DNA of 64,000 nucleotides, taken from NCBI GenBank assembly GCA_965203295.1, contig CBDBCZ010000016.1:544001-608000 (forward strand), in the 5' to 3' direction. The translations under genes and the position numbers were made by a program. Source of the DNA: Nitrospirales bacterium. Its GTDB lineage: Bacteria > Nitrospirota > Nitrospiria > Nitrospirales > UBA8639. Positions 41,075 to 64,000 of the stretch are shown here, piece by piece; the stretch's first letter is position 1; the number at the start of each line of letters is the position of its first letter. Below the pieces are notes generated by a model. That model made no database searches, was not told the DNA's origin, and saw only the letters and a program-made list of their open reading frames with translations.

Positions 41075-63411
<22,337 letters not shown>

Positions 63412-63614
63412 GTAGGTGCTCACTTGAGCTGGCAGTCTTGGTTGGAGAAGAAGTATGGGTCGTGCATACACACCTGTAACACGGGAATGGCAGTTACCGT
63501 ATTCTACGTATTGTCCACCCATGATGTAATATCCACCTAGCCCGTCTTTGATCGAAAGTTGTGTACATGTATCCGCCCACCCTTCTTTTACCATCAATGT
63601 GAGCTAACTAAACT

Positions 63615-63947
63615 TAGTGCTACTCATGTGACCTTTGACGAATCAGAAGTCTCAAAGTCGACCACATGACCGTGAATTAAAGTGCACTTAAATGTGCATT
63701 ATCTGCACTTTCTAAATAACGCCCAACAGAATTAACTATGGCTGTCTCAGGTCAGTGAGAGAACTAAATACTTTAGATACCAGTTGGCAGTGATTATGGC
63801 ACTAGTTAGTGCGCTCTGACAATTAAGTAACTATCTTGGGCAAATAATGCTTTCGCCTTCGGATCGTTCGTTATCCGCCCTGAACCGTTACTGAATTATC
63901 CTCGCGCACTAACTAAATCCTGTAATGCACTGCCAACTGGTATCTAC
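63615..63947. mobile_element. Crypton-like element with a long palindrome, copy 2
   Basis: Collinear with 50590-50900; arms TAGATACCAGTTGGCAGTG / CACTGCCAACTGGTATCTA. Confidence 0.7.
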
Positions 63948-64000
63948 ACATTACCAAAAATTCTAAGACTGAGCAGAATCAAGCGACATAATTCAATATT

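Overview
Intron-rich eukaryotic (animal) genomic DNA. The gene set and repeat families suggest an early-branching invertebrate, possibly a sponge (inference only). Five protein-coding genes were reconstructed by hand with phase-consistent GT-AG exons: a WSCD-type sulfotransferase (-, 2 exons), DDX11/ChlR1 helicase (-, 27 exons), phosphoglycerate kinase (+, 13 exons), arfaptin (-, 3 exons) and a Tec/BTK-family kinase (+, 17 exons, running off the window end). DDX11/PGK and arfaptin/Tec are head-to-head pairs. Also present: a frameshifted CYFIP relic, an orphan ALG3-like exon, a decayed Gypsy pol, a truncated intron-containing Ginger-like transposon, and many MITE, Helentron-like and palindromic repeats. 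Two patterns stand out. First, tandem repeats repeatedly amplify splice signals: 37 copies of a PGK donor, branch-point minisatellites, GT/CA tracts abutting splice sites, and a duplicated whole intron. Second, a four-copy dispersed cassette carries a tRNA-like gene together with its upstream TATA leader and post-terminator tail. All family assignments come from recalled motifs, not database searches. Most short ORFs in the supplied track are spurious.
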